Of a stretch of DNA of 27,506 bases, positions 7,900-15,539 are shown in pieces. The position numbers were made by a program, and so were the translations under genes. Position 1 is the stretch's first letter. Each line of letters begins with the position of its first letter. Source of the stretch: a virus (Duplodnaviria > Caudoviricetes); the IMG/VR virus record IMGVR_UViG_3300033076_000600, positions 1 through 27,506 of that record. One strand, 5' to 3'. Under the pieces are notes generated by a model. The model did no database searches and was not told the DNA's origin. It saw only the letters and a program-made list of their open reading frames with translations.

Positions 7900-9330
7900 G
7901 TGGCTCGTCTAGGTAGGTCACTTGGTCAGGTAATCCTGCTTCGCGCGGCGGCAGCCGCGGCGACGACGGACGATGACATCCCGACCCAGATGACGACCAT
8001 GTCGGAGGGCTTCTACGGCTACGACGACGAGGTCGATGGCGGCTACGACACGGCTGGCTTCACGTCGACGCCGAACTACGACGTCACCAGCATCGACAGC
8101 GACATCACGCGAAACACCACTGCGTTCGAGACGACGCAGTGGGACGACCTCGACGACTACTGGGAGCCAGGCTGGGCTCAGGCACCACCCACAAGCCTTG
8201 GCGATGAAACCGGCGAAACCACGGGCCGGTTCAGCAATGAAGACTGGGTCGACGAAGACGAGCCCATCGTCCAGGACTGGGTCTACTTCCAGGCCGACGA
8301 AACCGCCCCGGTTCTCAACGACGACATCACCGCGCGATCCTTCGCGGACATCTACGATGACGACGAGCCCATCGCGGATGGGTGGCTCTGGGCACAATAC
8401 GACGAAACCGTTCCGGTAACCGACGACGCCGTCGGGCCGCAGGAGCTTGGCCAGGTATGGGATGACGACGAGCCCATCGTCGAGTTCTGGACCCAGGTCG
8501 TTCCGACCGACCAGTTCGACGAGACTGGCCAGACAACCGGCAGCACCAGCAACAACGATTGGGTAGACGAGGATGAACCCGTCACCGACGGGTGGTTCTC
8601 CAGCGCGCCTCCGGGTGCCGGTGACGAAACCGGCGAGACGACCGGCCGCACCTCGAACAACGACTGGGTGGACGAAGATGAGCCTGTCACCGATGGGTGG
8701 CTGCAGGTCACGCCGACCGACCAGTTCGATGAAACGGGGCAGACTACAGGCGCGACGTCGAACAATGATTGGGTGGATGAGGATGAGCCCGTCACTGATG
8801 GCTGGCTCGTCACCTCCCCGGACGACACCGTTATCCTGGAAGACACCATCACCGGCCGGTCCAACAACGACTGGGTCGACGAGGATGAGCCGGTTACGGA
8901 CGGCTGGTTCAGCGCCCCGCTTGAGGACGTCACCGAAATCACTGCGACCGCGGCCATCACCATGCCGCTGCTGACGATCACCAGCACGGCGCTCTATGGG
9001 GCTGCGACGCTGAACCCGCGGCGCATCCTGCCGCCGCGCAAGCACGCGTCCCTGGTGTCGGACAAGAAGAAGATGCCGACGGACAGCCTGGCCATGCTGC
9101 AATCGGTCAACGACGCGCTGACCGGCACCACGACCCAGCGCACCGTGTCTGGCGTCCAGGGCAGTGTGACGCAAATCAACATTGGTGGGCTCAACGTGTA
9201 CATCGGCAGCGGCATCCCGCAGTTCGCGGCCGACCCTGGCTCGATCTATTTCAACATCAGCGGCGGGGCCAACAAGACGATGTACGTGAAGGAGTCCCTG
9301 TCGACCTCTACCGTGTGGGTTGCAAAATAG
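7900..9330 (+). CDS. Acidic-repeat protein with a C-terminal tail-needle (gp26-position)-like region (476 aa)
   Basis: GGGAGG SD 9 nt before GTG. D/E/W-rich repeats. The C-terminal GSGIP..AADPGSIYFNISGG..TMYVKES...WVAK motif is typical of needle and fibre tips. Lies immediately before the gp14-like gene. Confidence 0.65.
   Translation: MARLGRSLGQVILLRAAAAAATTDDDIPTQMTTMSEGFYGYDDEVDGGYDTAGFTSTPNYDVTSIDSDITRNTTAFETTQWDDLDDYWEPGWAQAPPTSLGDETGETTGRFSNEDWVDEDEPIVQDWVYFQADETAPVLNDDITARSFADIYDDDEPIADGWLWAQYDETVPVTDDAVGPQELGQVWDDDEPIVEFWTQVVPTDQFDETGQTTGSTSNNDWVDEDEPVTDGWFSSAPPGAGDETGETTGRTSNNDWVDEDEPVTDGWLQVTPTDQFDETGQTTGATSNNDWVDEDEPVTDGWLVTSPDDTVILEDTITGRSNNDWVDEDEPVTDGWFSAPLEDVTEITATAAITMPLLTITSTALYGAATLNPRRILPPRKHASLVSDKKKMPTDSLAMLQSVNDALTGTTTQRTVSGVQGSVTQINIGGLNVYIGSGIPQFAADPGSIYFNISGGANKTMYVKESLSTSTVWVAK
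8551..8907 (+). repeat. Coding tandem repeat, about 105-nt (35-aa) period, core NNDWVDEDEPVTDGW x4
   Basis: Cores start at 8551, 8656, 8761 and 8863. Degenerate copies lie upstream at about 8200-8490. Confidence 0.95.
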
Positions 9331-10188
9331 ATGACCTTCGACCATAGTCCCGCCCAATCTGGCACAGGAACCGCCAGTAGCTCGCCAACGACAGCTACCG
9401 AGGTTCCCTTGACCTATCCCACCATCACGTCCCCCAAGCGCATTTTTGACGCCCAGCCGGTCAACGAGCTGTGCAACAGCCCGGACGTGCGCCCCTACCT
9501 GGGCGGCTATCTCAACGAGCCCGTCGACCTCACCAACATCGTGGCGAACACGAACAACGTCGTCCTGGAGATGGACGGCTTCGTGGCGATCTACGTGGCG
9601 ATCCAGCCAGGCCTGTTCGAGGTCCACACCCAGGCATCGAAGGAGGCGCGGGGAAGCGGGCTCGTGGTCCCGGCCGCGAAGGCGACCCTGGAGCATATGT
9701 TCCGGAAGACGAACTGCATCGAGGGGATGACCCGCGTGCCGAAGTCGAACAAGGCGGCGCGCGCGCTCGTCGAGGCGACCGGCTTCCGTCACCAGTTCGA
9801 GGTGGCCAACGGCTGGCAGGTCAACGGCGAGGTGATGCCGTGCGACATCTACTCGATCACCCTCACCGACTGGCTCAACATCGGCGAGCACCTGGAAACC
9901 TACGGCAAGGAGTTCCACTACCACGTCGTGGCGGCCTGCAAGGTCGCGGACGTCTCACGGGAGGATCACCCGGACGACGAGGTTCATGAGCGCATGGCCG
10001 GGGCTGCGTACATGATGATCCGCAACGGGCACATCGGCAAAGCCGTGCTCTGCTACAACCGGTGGGCTGCGATGGCTGGCTACATGCCGATCTCGCCCAT
10101 CTCGATCACCCCTACCATCATTCACATCGGAGACATGGCGCTGCTCGTGAAGAACGACGGCAGCCTGGAGGTCGTCAAATGCCAATAG
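9331..10188 (+). CDS. GNAT-fold virion assembly protein (P22 gp14 / DUF2824-like) with a C-terminal extension
   Basis: FEVHTQ..EARG...MF...TRVPKSNKAARALVEATGF is a GNAT signature. It occupies the gp14 position between the needle-like and gp7-like genes. An alternative in-frame TTG start at 9409 has a GAGG SD. Confidence 0.75.
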   Translation: MTFDHSPAQSGTGTASSSPTTATEVPLTYPTITSPKRIFDAQPVNELCNSPDVRPYLGGYLNEPVDLTNIVANTNNVVLEMDGFVAIYVAIQPGLFEVHTQASKEARGSGLVVPAAKATLEHMFRKTNCIEGMTRVPKSNKAARALVEATGFRHQFEVANGWQVNGEVMPCDIYSITLTDWLNIGEHLETYGKEFHYHVVAACKVADVSREDHPDDEVHERMAGAAYMMIRNGHIGKAVLCYNRWAAMAGYMPISPISITPTIIHIGDMALLVKNDGSLEVVKCQ

Positions 10189-10889
10189 GTGCAACCATCG
10201 GGGCCGTCGGCGCTCTTGGCGGCGCGCTGATTTCCAGTAGCGCGGCGAAGAAGGCGGCGAAGACGCAGGCGGCCGGAGCGGCCGCTGCACAGGCCACGCA
10301 GAAGGCGAACCTGGCCGACATCAAGGGCTACCTGCAGCCCTACATGGATGCTGGCTCCCAGGCGCTGCCGCAGCTCACGCAGGCGATCCTGGGCATCGGC
10401 AACGGCGACTCCGCGTCGATGATGCAGGCCCTGGAGAACTATCCGGGCTACCAGTTCGCCATCAAGCAGGGGATGCAGGGCATCAACTCCGAGATGGCCA
10501 AGCAGGGCTCACGCCTCAGCGGCAACCAGGCCGCGGGCATGATCGACTACCTGAAGAACTCGGCGAGCTCGCTGTTCGACAAGTACCTGGGCAACCTCAG
10601 CGGCCTGACCGGCATGGGCGAGCGCGGTGTGACGACGTACGCCAATGCGGCCACCGGCACGGCCAACAACGTGAGCCAGCTCCAGACCGATGCGGCTGCC
10701 GCGCGCGCAAGCGGCCAGGCGGCCAACGGTCAAGTCTGGGGCAACTTTGCGGCCAACACGTTGCCGTCGATGATTGGCAGGGCGGCAGCAAAAACGCCGG
10801 ATAGCTGGCTGAACAAGCCGATCCAGAGCCTATGGCAGAGCAGTGCGCCCTCCGTCGACACGTCACCAGGTTGGGGAGTGAGGAGTTAG
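10179..10889 (+). CDS. DNA transfer / ejection protein, P22 gp7-like (236 aa)
   Basis: GGAGG SD before ATG 10179. Hydrophobic Gly/Ala N-terminus followed by AAKKAAKTQ, LQPYMDAG..AL, PGYQF...QG and G.RLSG motifs. Confidence 0.85.
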   Translation: MPIGATIGAVGALGGALISSSAAKKAAKTQAAGAAAAQATQKANLADIKGYLQPYMDAGSQALPQLTQAILGIGNGDSASMMQALENYPGYQFAIKQGMQGINSEMAKQGSRLSGNQAAGMIDYLKNSASSLFDKYLGNLSGLTGMGERGVTTYANAATGTANNVSQLQTDAAAARASGQAANGQVWGNFAANTLPSMIGRAAAKTPDSWLNKPIQSLWQSSAPSVDTSPGWGVRS

Positions 10890-10891
10890 TC

Positions 10892-12334
10892 ATGCCAGAG
10901 GGACTCGGTATTCCATTCGGCGCGATCTATCCGTCAGCACCAGGCGGCGACGCCTACGGTGCAGGATACGCCAGTGGGCAAATGGAGCGGGCCAACGACC
11001 TCAAGCTCCAGCAGATGCAGGCGGCAGCCGACCAGGCGTCCCAGGCGCAGCAGGCCCAGGAGCTGATGCGCGCGATGGAGCTCGGCAAGAGCGACCCGAA
11101 GCAGTGGGACGCTGCCATGACCTCCCTGGCCCAGAACGGCAACCGGGATGCCGCCGCTCTCATTGGGAAGTGGAGCCCGATCAAGTCCGCGCAGTTGCTG
11201 CGGTCCTGGAGGGACGCGATGGATGTCGGCGTCAACCGCAACGGTTCGATCACCGATCCGGACCAGTCGCAGCCCGCTGGTTACACACCTGGTGCGGCCC
11301 CGACCGCCCGCAGCGGCAAGCCACCGGCAGCCCCTGACTACGTGTCGACGGCCATCGACCGCATGACGCCGGAGGAGCGCCGCCAGGCCGCGAAGAAGTA
11401 CAACCACATCGTCAACGCGATGGCGGGCGTGAACAACGAGGCCGACCTCCAGGCCGTGATGGAAGACCTGCAGGGCCGCGGCTACCTCACGCCGGAGAAC
11501 GCCGACCAGTACATGGCGGCCTTCACCGATCCGGTGAACGGCTGGAAGAACTTCCAGGACGAGTACGAGCACCAGAAGCTCATCCAGGCGCACCTGAACG
11601 AGCTCAACAACGCGTCCATGTTCGGGATCACCCCCGTCACCAACGAGCCCAAGTACACGGTCCACTACAACGATTCCAAGGGCGAGCAGTATCTTGAGAC
11701 GGATGTCCCTGGCCGCGCGCCGACGGTGGATCGAATCGGCGCAGGCGGAGCCCCGCGCAGCCCGTTCAGCAACATGACGTCGGAAGACGGCCAGGGCTTG
11801 CGCTACGAGTCCGACCAGCGCGACCAGTTCCTCAAGGCCGTGCAGCCGCAGCTCACCGCGAAGAACGCGATCAGCCAGATATTCTCCATCGACCCGAAGA
11901 CGTCGACCGGCACCGATCAGCTCATGGGTATCTACGCGTTCGTGAAGGGCCTCGACCCGACCAGCGTCGTGCGCGAGGGTGAAATCTCGCTGCTCAACAA
12001 TGCGCGCTCGACGTTCGAGCAGCTCTTCGGCCAGGTCAAGCGGATGAAGCAGGGCGACATCCTGCTGCCGTCGACGATCATGAAGATGCAGGAAACGGCG
12101 AAGACGATGTTGGGCATCATCAAGAGGTCCTACGACACGCGACGCAAGGCGTTCCGCGATGCCAACAAGGACTTCACGGGCATCGGCATCAGCCCGGATC
12201 GCATCACGCCAGACTTCTGGGGCGAGACACCGGTCAAGCCTGGTGATGGTCCGGACGGTGACCTCAGCCACCTGGCACCGCCTCCGGTGACACCCAAGGG
12301 AATCCCGTCACCCGTCGTGAAGGGAGTTTACTGA
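10892..12334 (+). CDS. DNA transfer / ejection protein, gp20-position (480 aa)
   Basis: GAGGAG SD before ATG 10892. Gln/Ala-rich helical N-terminus. D..GIYAFVKGLDPTSVVREGE is a motif common in podovirus ejection proteins. Follows the gp7-like gene. Confidence 0.75.
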   Translation: MPEGLGIPFGAIYPSAPGGDAYGAGYASGQMERANDLKLQQMQAAADQASQAQQAQELMRAMELGKSDPKQWDAAMTSLAQNGNRDAAALIGKWSPIKSAQLLRSWRDAMDVGVNRNGSITDPDQSQPAGYTPGAAPTARSGKPPAAPDYVSTAIDRMTPEERRQAAKKYNHIVNAMAGVNNEADLQAVMEDLQGRGYLTPENADQYMAAFTDPVNGWKNFQDEYEHQKLIQAHLNELNNASMFGITPVTNEPKYTVHYNDSKGEQYLETDVPGRAPTVDRIGAGGAPRSPFSNMTSEDGQGLRYESDQRDQFLKAVQPQLTAKNAISQIFSIDPKTSTGTDQLMGIYAFVKGLDPTSVVREGEISLLNNARSTFEQLFGQVKRMKQGDILLPSTIMKMQETAKTMLGIIKRSYDTRRKAFRDANKDFTGIGISPDRITPDFWGETPVKPGDGPDGDLSHLAPPPVTPKGIPSPVVKGVY

Positions 12335-14886
12335 TGGCTGGCAAGCGGTTCCTTGGCTACAAGACCAAGGAGGGGTTCACGGTCTACTACCCGGCGGACA
12401 TCCCGCAGGACCAGGCCGCGGCTGACATTCAGCGCAGGCGCGAGGCTGGCACGCTGCGGCCGGAGCCCGATCCAGTTGGCACCAGGGGCGCAGACGTGCC
12501 TGGCGGGCTCGGCGGGCTTACCGGTGACGGTGAGGGGCCCCACTACACGCAGGGTGGCTCCCTGGAGATCAACCTGCAGCCGACCCCGGCACGATCCCAG
12601 TTCGAGGAGGAGATGCCTCAGCCGTCCTCCTACGAGGAGACGGCCTCTGGACCGCCGCTGGGTGTCCTGACGGGCAATGCCCAGCCGAAGCTGGCTGGCA
12701 AGGACCTGGCCTCCGGGCGGTTCCTGGAGGGCGCGCAGGGGCTCACGTTCGACACCGCCGACGAAATCCTGGGAGCCGGGCAGGCGACCCTCGACTCGCT
12801 CACCGGCAGCGAGCCCGGCCGACCGATTGGCGCTGGCCCCGCTCCTGGACAGCAACCGCAGACCTGGACATCGAAGTACGACTACTACCGCGACCGCGCG
12901 CGCGACCTGGATGCCAGGATGCTGTCGGAGCGGCCCTACGAATCCTATGGCGCGCGCATCGGCGGCGCGATGGCGACTGGTATTGCCACGCTCCCGAAGC
13001 TCAGCCTGGCGGCCATCAAGCGCGTGGCTCCTGAGATGGCAGAGCGCCTGGCGGCCAAGAAGATCATGCCGAAGGTTGCTGGCGCTGGCGCGATGACGAC
13101 GGAAGCCGTCGCCTCCCTGGGCGACAAGATGGTCGACGGTGCCGTGCAGGGCATGATCGGCGGCGGCCTGGCGGGCTTTGGTGCCGGTGGCTCCGGCGAC
13201 CCGGAGTCGACGCTCCTGGACGAGACGGCGAACCGGCTGACCGGTGCGGGCGTGGGTGCCACCGTTGGCGCTGGCATCGGCGGCATCATGCCTCCAATCT
13301 CATCCACGCTCGGTGCTGGTGGCCGCTGGCTCGGCACGACGCTCGCGCCCGGCCTGTTCAACCCGACGAAGCAGGCGGCCAACGTGCTCGCCTCCAACCT
13401 GGGTGACGACTTCTCGGTGTCGCCTCAGATGGGCCCGAACGCACCTGGCCCGGCCTCCCAGATGGCTGGCCCCGGCGGCAATGCGATCAACGATCTGACG
13501 TTCATGGACGTGTCCCCCAACGCACGCGACCTGGCAGGCTCGGTCGCCCGTGCCGGTGGCCAGGGCGGCAAGCGCGTCAGGGACTTCCTGGAGTCACGGC
13601 AGCTTGGCGATCCGCTTCAAGGGGAGGCCGGTGGCGGGCAGTGGACGCAGTCGCTCCGGCATGTCCGGGAAGCTGTCAGCGCCGCCAACACCCACGATCT
13701 GATCAGCTCTATATCCAAAGCCCTCTCGCGTGTCGCGAAGCCGCTCTATGATAAGGCTCGGAGCTGGCCCAACCCCGACAGTCCGGAAGCTGCCGAGCTT
13801 CTCCGCAACCCACGCATAAAGGCTGCGATCAAGGAAGGCATTCAGGTCGCCAAGGACTTTGGTGAGCTGCCCGCGAACTTCCGGGTGCCGAACGCTGAGC
13901 TCCCGGACGCCACGCTTCCGATCCAGGTCTGGCACGTTGCAAAGATGGGCCTCGACGTGATGATCGAGCGCGCGGCAAAGAAGAGCGCCATGAAGGCTGC
14001 GTCGATCCGGGCCTTGCAGGATCGCCTGCTCACGATGCTCGACGAGGCCACGGGTGGAGCGCCTGGCCAGCCTGGCGACTACACGATTGCGCGCAACACC
14101 TATGGCGGCATCGCAAAGCTGCGCGAAGCGGTTCAGACAGGCGCGGACATTTTCAAGGGCACGCTTCAGGACGTTCGCTCGCATATTGCAAACCTCTCAG
14201 GCCCGGAACGTCAGTTGTACGTTGCAGGCGTGGCTCAAGCGCTTGAGCAGAAGATAACCTCCAAGGTGATCGGTGGCGACAGCGCGCGCATCTTTTTCAA
14301 CACGCCAGATGTTCAGATGCGCCTGGGGGCAGCCTTCACGCGCCAGCAGTATCGCGAGTTCATCGGCCGCATGATGGCCGAGAGCAAGAAGTTCAAGTCG
14401 TTCATGGAGCTGGGCAATTCGGCGACGGCGGACCGTCTCGCGAAGGACGCCATGCTCGACGACATGATCACCAATGGCGGCAATCCGGAGAGCATCGCCA
14501 AGGCGGCGACCGGCGGCTTCCACGCGATTGCCAACAAGATGTGGCAGATGCTGGCGTCGAATCGCCCCGCGGGTCTACACGATGCTGTTCGCAACGAGCT
14601 GTCGAAGATGCTGACAGAGACGGACCCGAAGAAGCAGCAGGTCTATGCGGACATGATCTTCCAGGCGGCCAACCGAGTCATCGGCCGCCAGCGTGCCGGT
14701 CGCGTTGTGCGTCAGGGTCTGCAGGCCGCCGGTCGCGGCGCGGCAACCGGCATGGCAGCAGATCGGTGGGACGACACCAGCGACATGCCGCCTCCAGGCT
14801 TCAAGCGTCACAGCGACGGTGCCTGGTACGGCAAGGACCCAAGACGGCCCGGAGCCTACCTGAAGTGGACGCCTGACAACCGATAG
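12334..14886 (+). CDS. DNA transfer / ejection protein, gp16-position (850 aa)
   Basis: TGATG overlap. QGLTFDTADEI motif, glycine-zipper hydrophobic segments (GMIGGGLAGFGAGG; GAGVGATVGAGIGG), and AKPLYDKA and GNSATADRL motifs. Confidence 0.75.
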   Translation: MAGKRFLGYKTKEGFTVYYPADIPQDQAAADIQRRREAGTLRPEPDPVGTRGADVPGGLGGLTGDGEGPHYTQGGSLEINLQPTPARSQFEEEMPQPSSYEETASGPPLGVLTGNAQPKLAGKDLASGRFLEGAQGLTFDTADEILGAGQATLDSLTGSEPGRPIGAGPAPGQQPQTWTSKYDYYRDRARDLDARMLSERPYESYGARIGGAMATGIATLPKLSLAAIKRVAPEMAERLAAKKIMPKVAGAGAMTTEAVASLGDKMVDGAVQGMIGGGLAGFGAGGSGDPESTLLDETANRLTGAGVGATVGAGIGGIMPPISSTLGAGGRWLGTTLAPGLFNPTKQAANVLASNLGDDFSVSPQMGPNAPGPASQMAGPGGNAINDLTFMDVSPNARDLAGSVARAGGQGGKRVRDFLESRQLGDPLQGEAGGGQWTQSLRHVREAVSAANTHDLISSISKALSRVAKPLYDKARSWPNPDSPEAAELLRNPRIKAAIKEGIQVAKDFGELPANFRVPNAELPDATLPIQVWHVAKMGLDVMIERAAKKSAMKAASIRALQDRLLTMLDEATGGAPGQPGDYTIARNTYGGIAKLREAVQTGADIFKGTLQDVRSHIANLSGPERQLYVAGVAQALEQKITSKVIGGDSARIFFNTPDVQMRLGAAFTRQQYREFIGRMMAESKKFKSFMELGNSATADRLAKDAMLDDMITNGGNPESIAKAATGGFHAIANKMWQMLASNRPAGLHDAVRNELSKMLTETDPKKQQVYADMIFQAANRVIGRQRAGRVVRQGLQAAGRGAATGMAADRWDDTSDMPPPGFKRHSDGAWYGKDPRRPGAYLKWTPDNR

Positions 14887-14895
14887 AGGTGGCAC

Positions 14896-15534
14896 ATGCC
14901 ATTTGAATTTATCGACCGTCTTCCGGCCGGTCTGCAGTTCGATGATCCCGACGAGTCCGTGGTGATGCCGCTTCGCAGGCCACCGGCCCCGGTCCCCGGC
15001 TACACGCCACCGATCCAGCGCAGGCTGCCTCCGACCCCGCCTGCCCCTCCTGGCCGCGTGTCGTATGGCCCGTCGCCGGTCCAGGACCAGCCAGGCCTCG
15101 ACGCCCCCCTCAACGAGGGCGCATGGAACAACATGCAGCGCCAGAAGCAGTTCGCGCAGGGCCTGGTCGACCGCAGCAAGCACATGGAGGCTGGGCAGTA
15201 CCTCGCACAGAAGCTGCGAATGCTGGGACCGAACGACCCGGAGCGCAGCGTCTACAACTACCTGCAGGCCCTGCACAACTATTCCGGGGACATGGATCGC
15301 CTCATCGCGCAGAACCGTCCGCGCCAGCGCCCGCTGCTGCCCATGGAGGAGCCCTACGAGGACCAGGTCCGGAAGGGCTACATCCCATCGGACCAGGAAG
15401 CGAACTGGACCGGTGAGGGCGGCATGAACCGACCCATCACCAGCACCAACGCTCCGGCTGTCGGCACGCGCGTCGGCGGCTGGGTCTTCATGGGCGGCAA
15501 TCCTCGCGACAAGCGCAACTGGCAACAGCGGTAA
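14896..15534 (+). CDS. Pro-rich probable additional ejection / internal virion protein (212 aa)
   Basis: GAGGT SD. The C-terminal PAVGTRVGGWVFMGGNPRDKRNW motif resembles ends of phage ejection proteins. Confidence 0.6.
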   Translation: MPFEFIDRLPAGLQFDDPDESVVMPLRRPPAPVPGYTPPIQRRLPPTPPAPPGRVSYGPSPVQDQPGLDAPLNEGAWNNMQRQKQFAQGLVDRSKHMEAGQYLAQKLRMLGPNDPERSVYNYLQALHNYSGDMDRLIAQNRPRQRPLLPMEEPYEDQVRKGYIPSDQEANWTGEGGMNRPITSTNAPAVGTRVGGWVFMGGNPRDKRNWQQR

Positions 15535-15539
15535 GCACA

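Noticed and set aside
7893-7916. ATG right after the GGGAGG SD giving a 7-aa ORF
   Set aside because: It is only 2 nt from the SD. The GTG at 7900 has normal spacing and opens the 476-aa frame.
8200-8910. Regularly spaced repeats as a possible CRISPR array or DGR template/variable repeat pair
   Set aside because: The repeats are in-frame, differ at synonymous positions rather than specifically at adenines, and have related spacers. No cas or reverse transcriptase gene is in the window.
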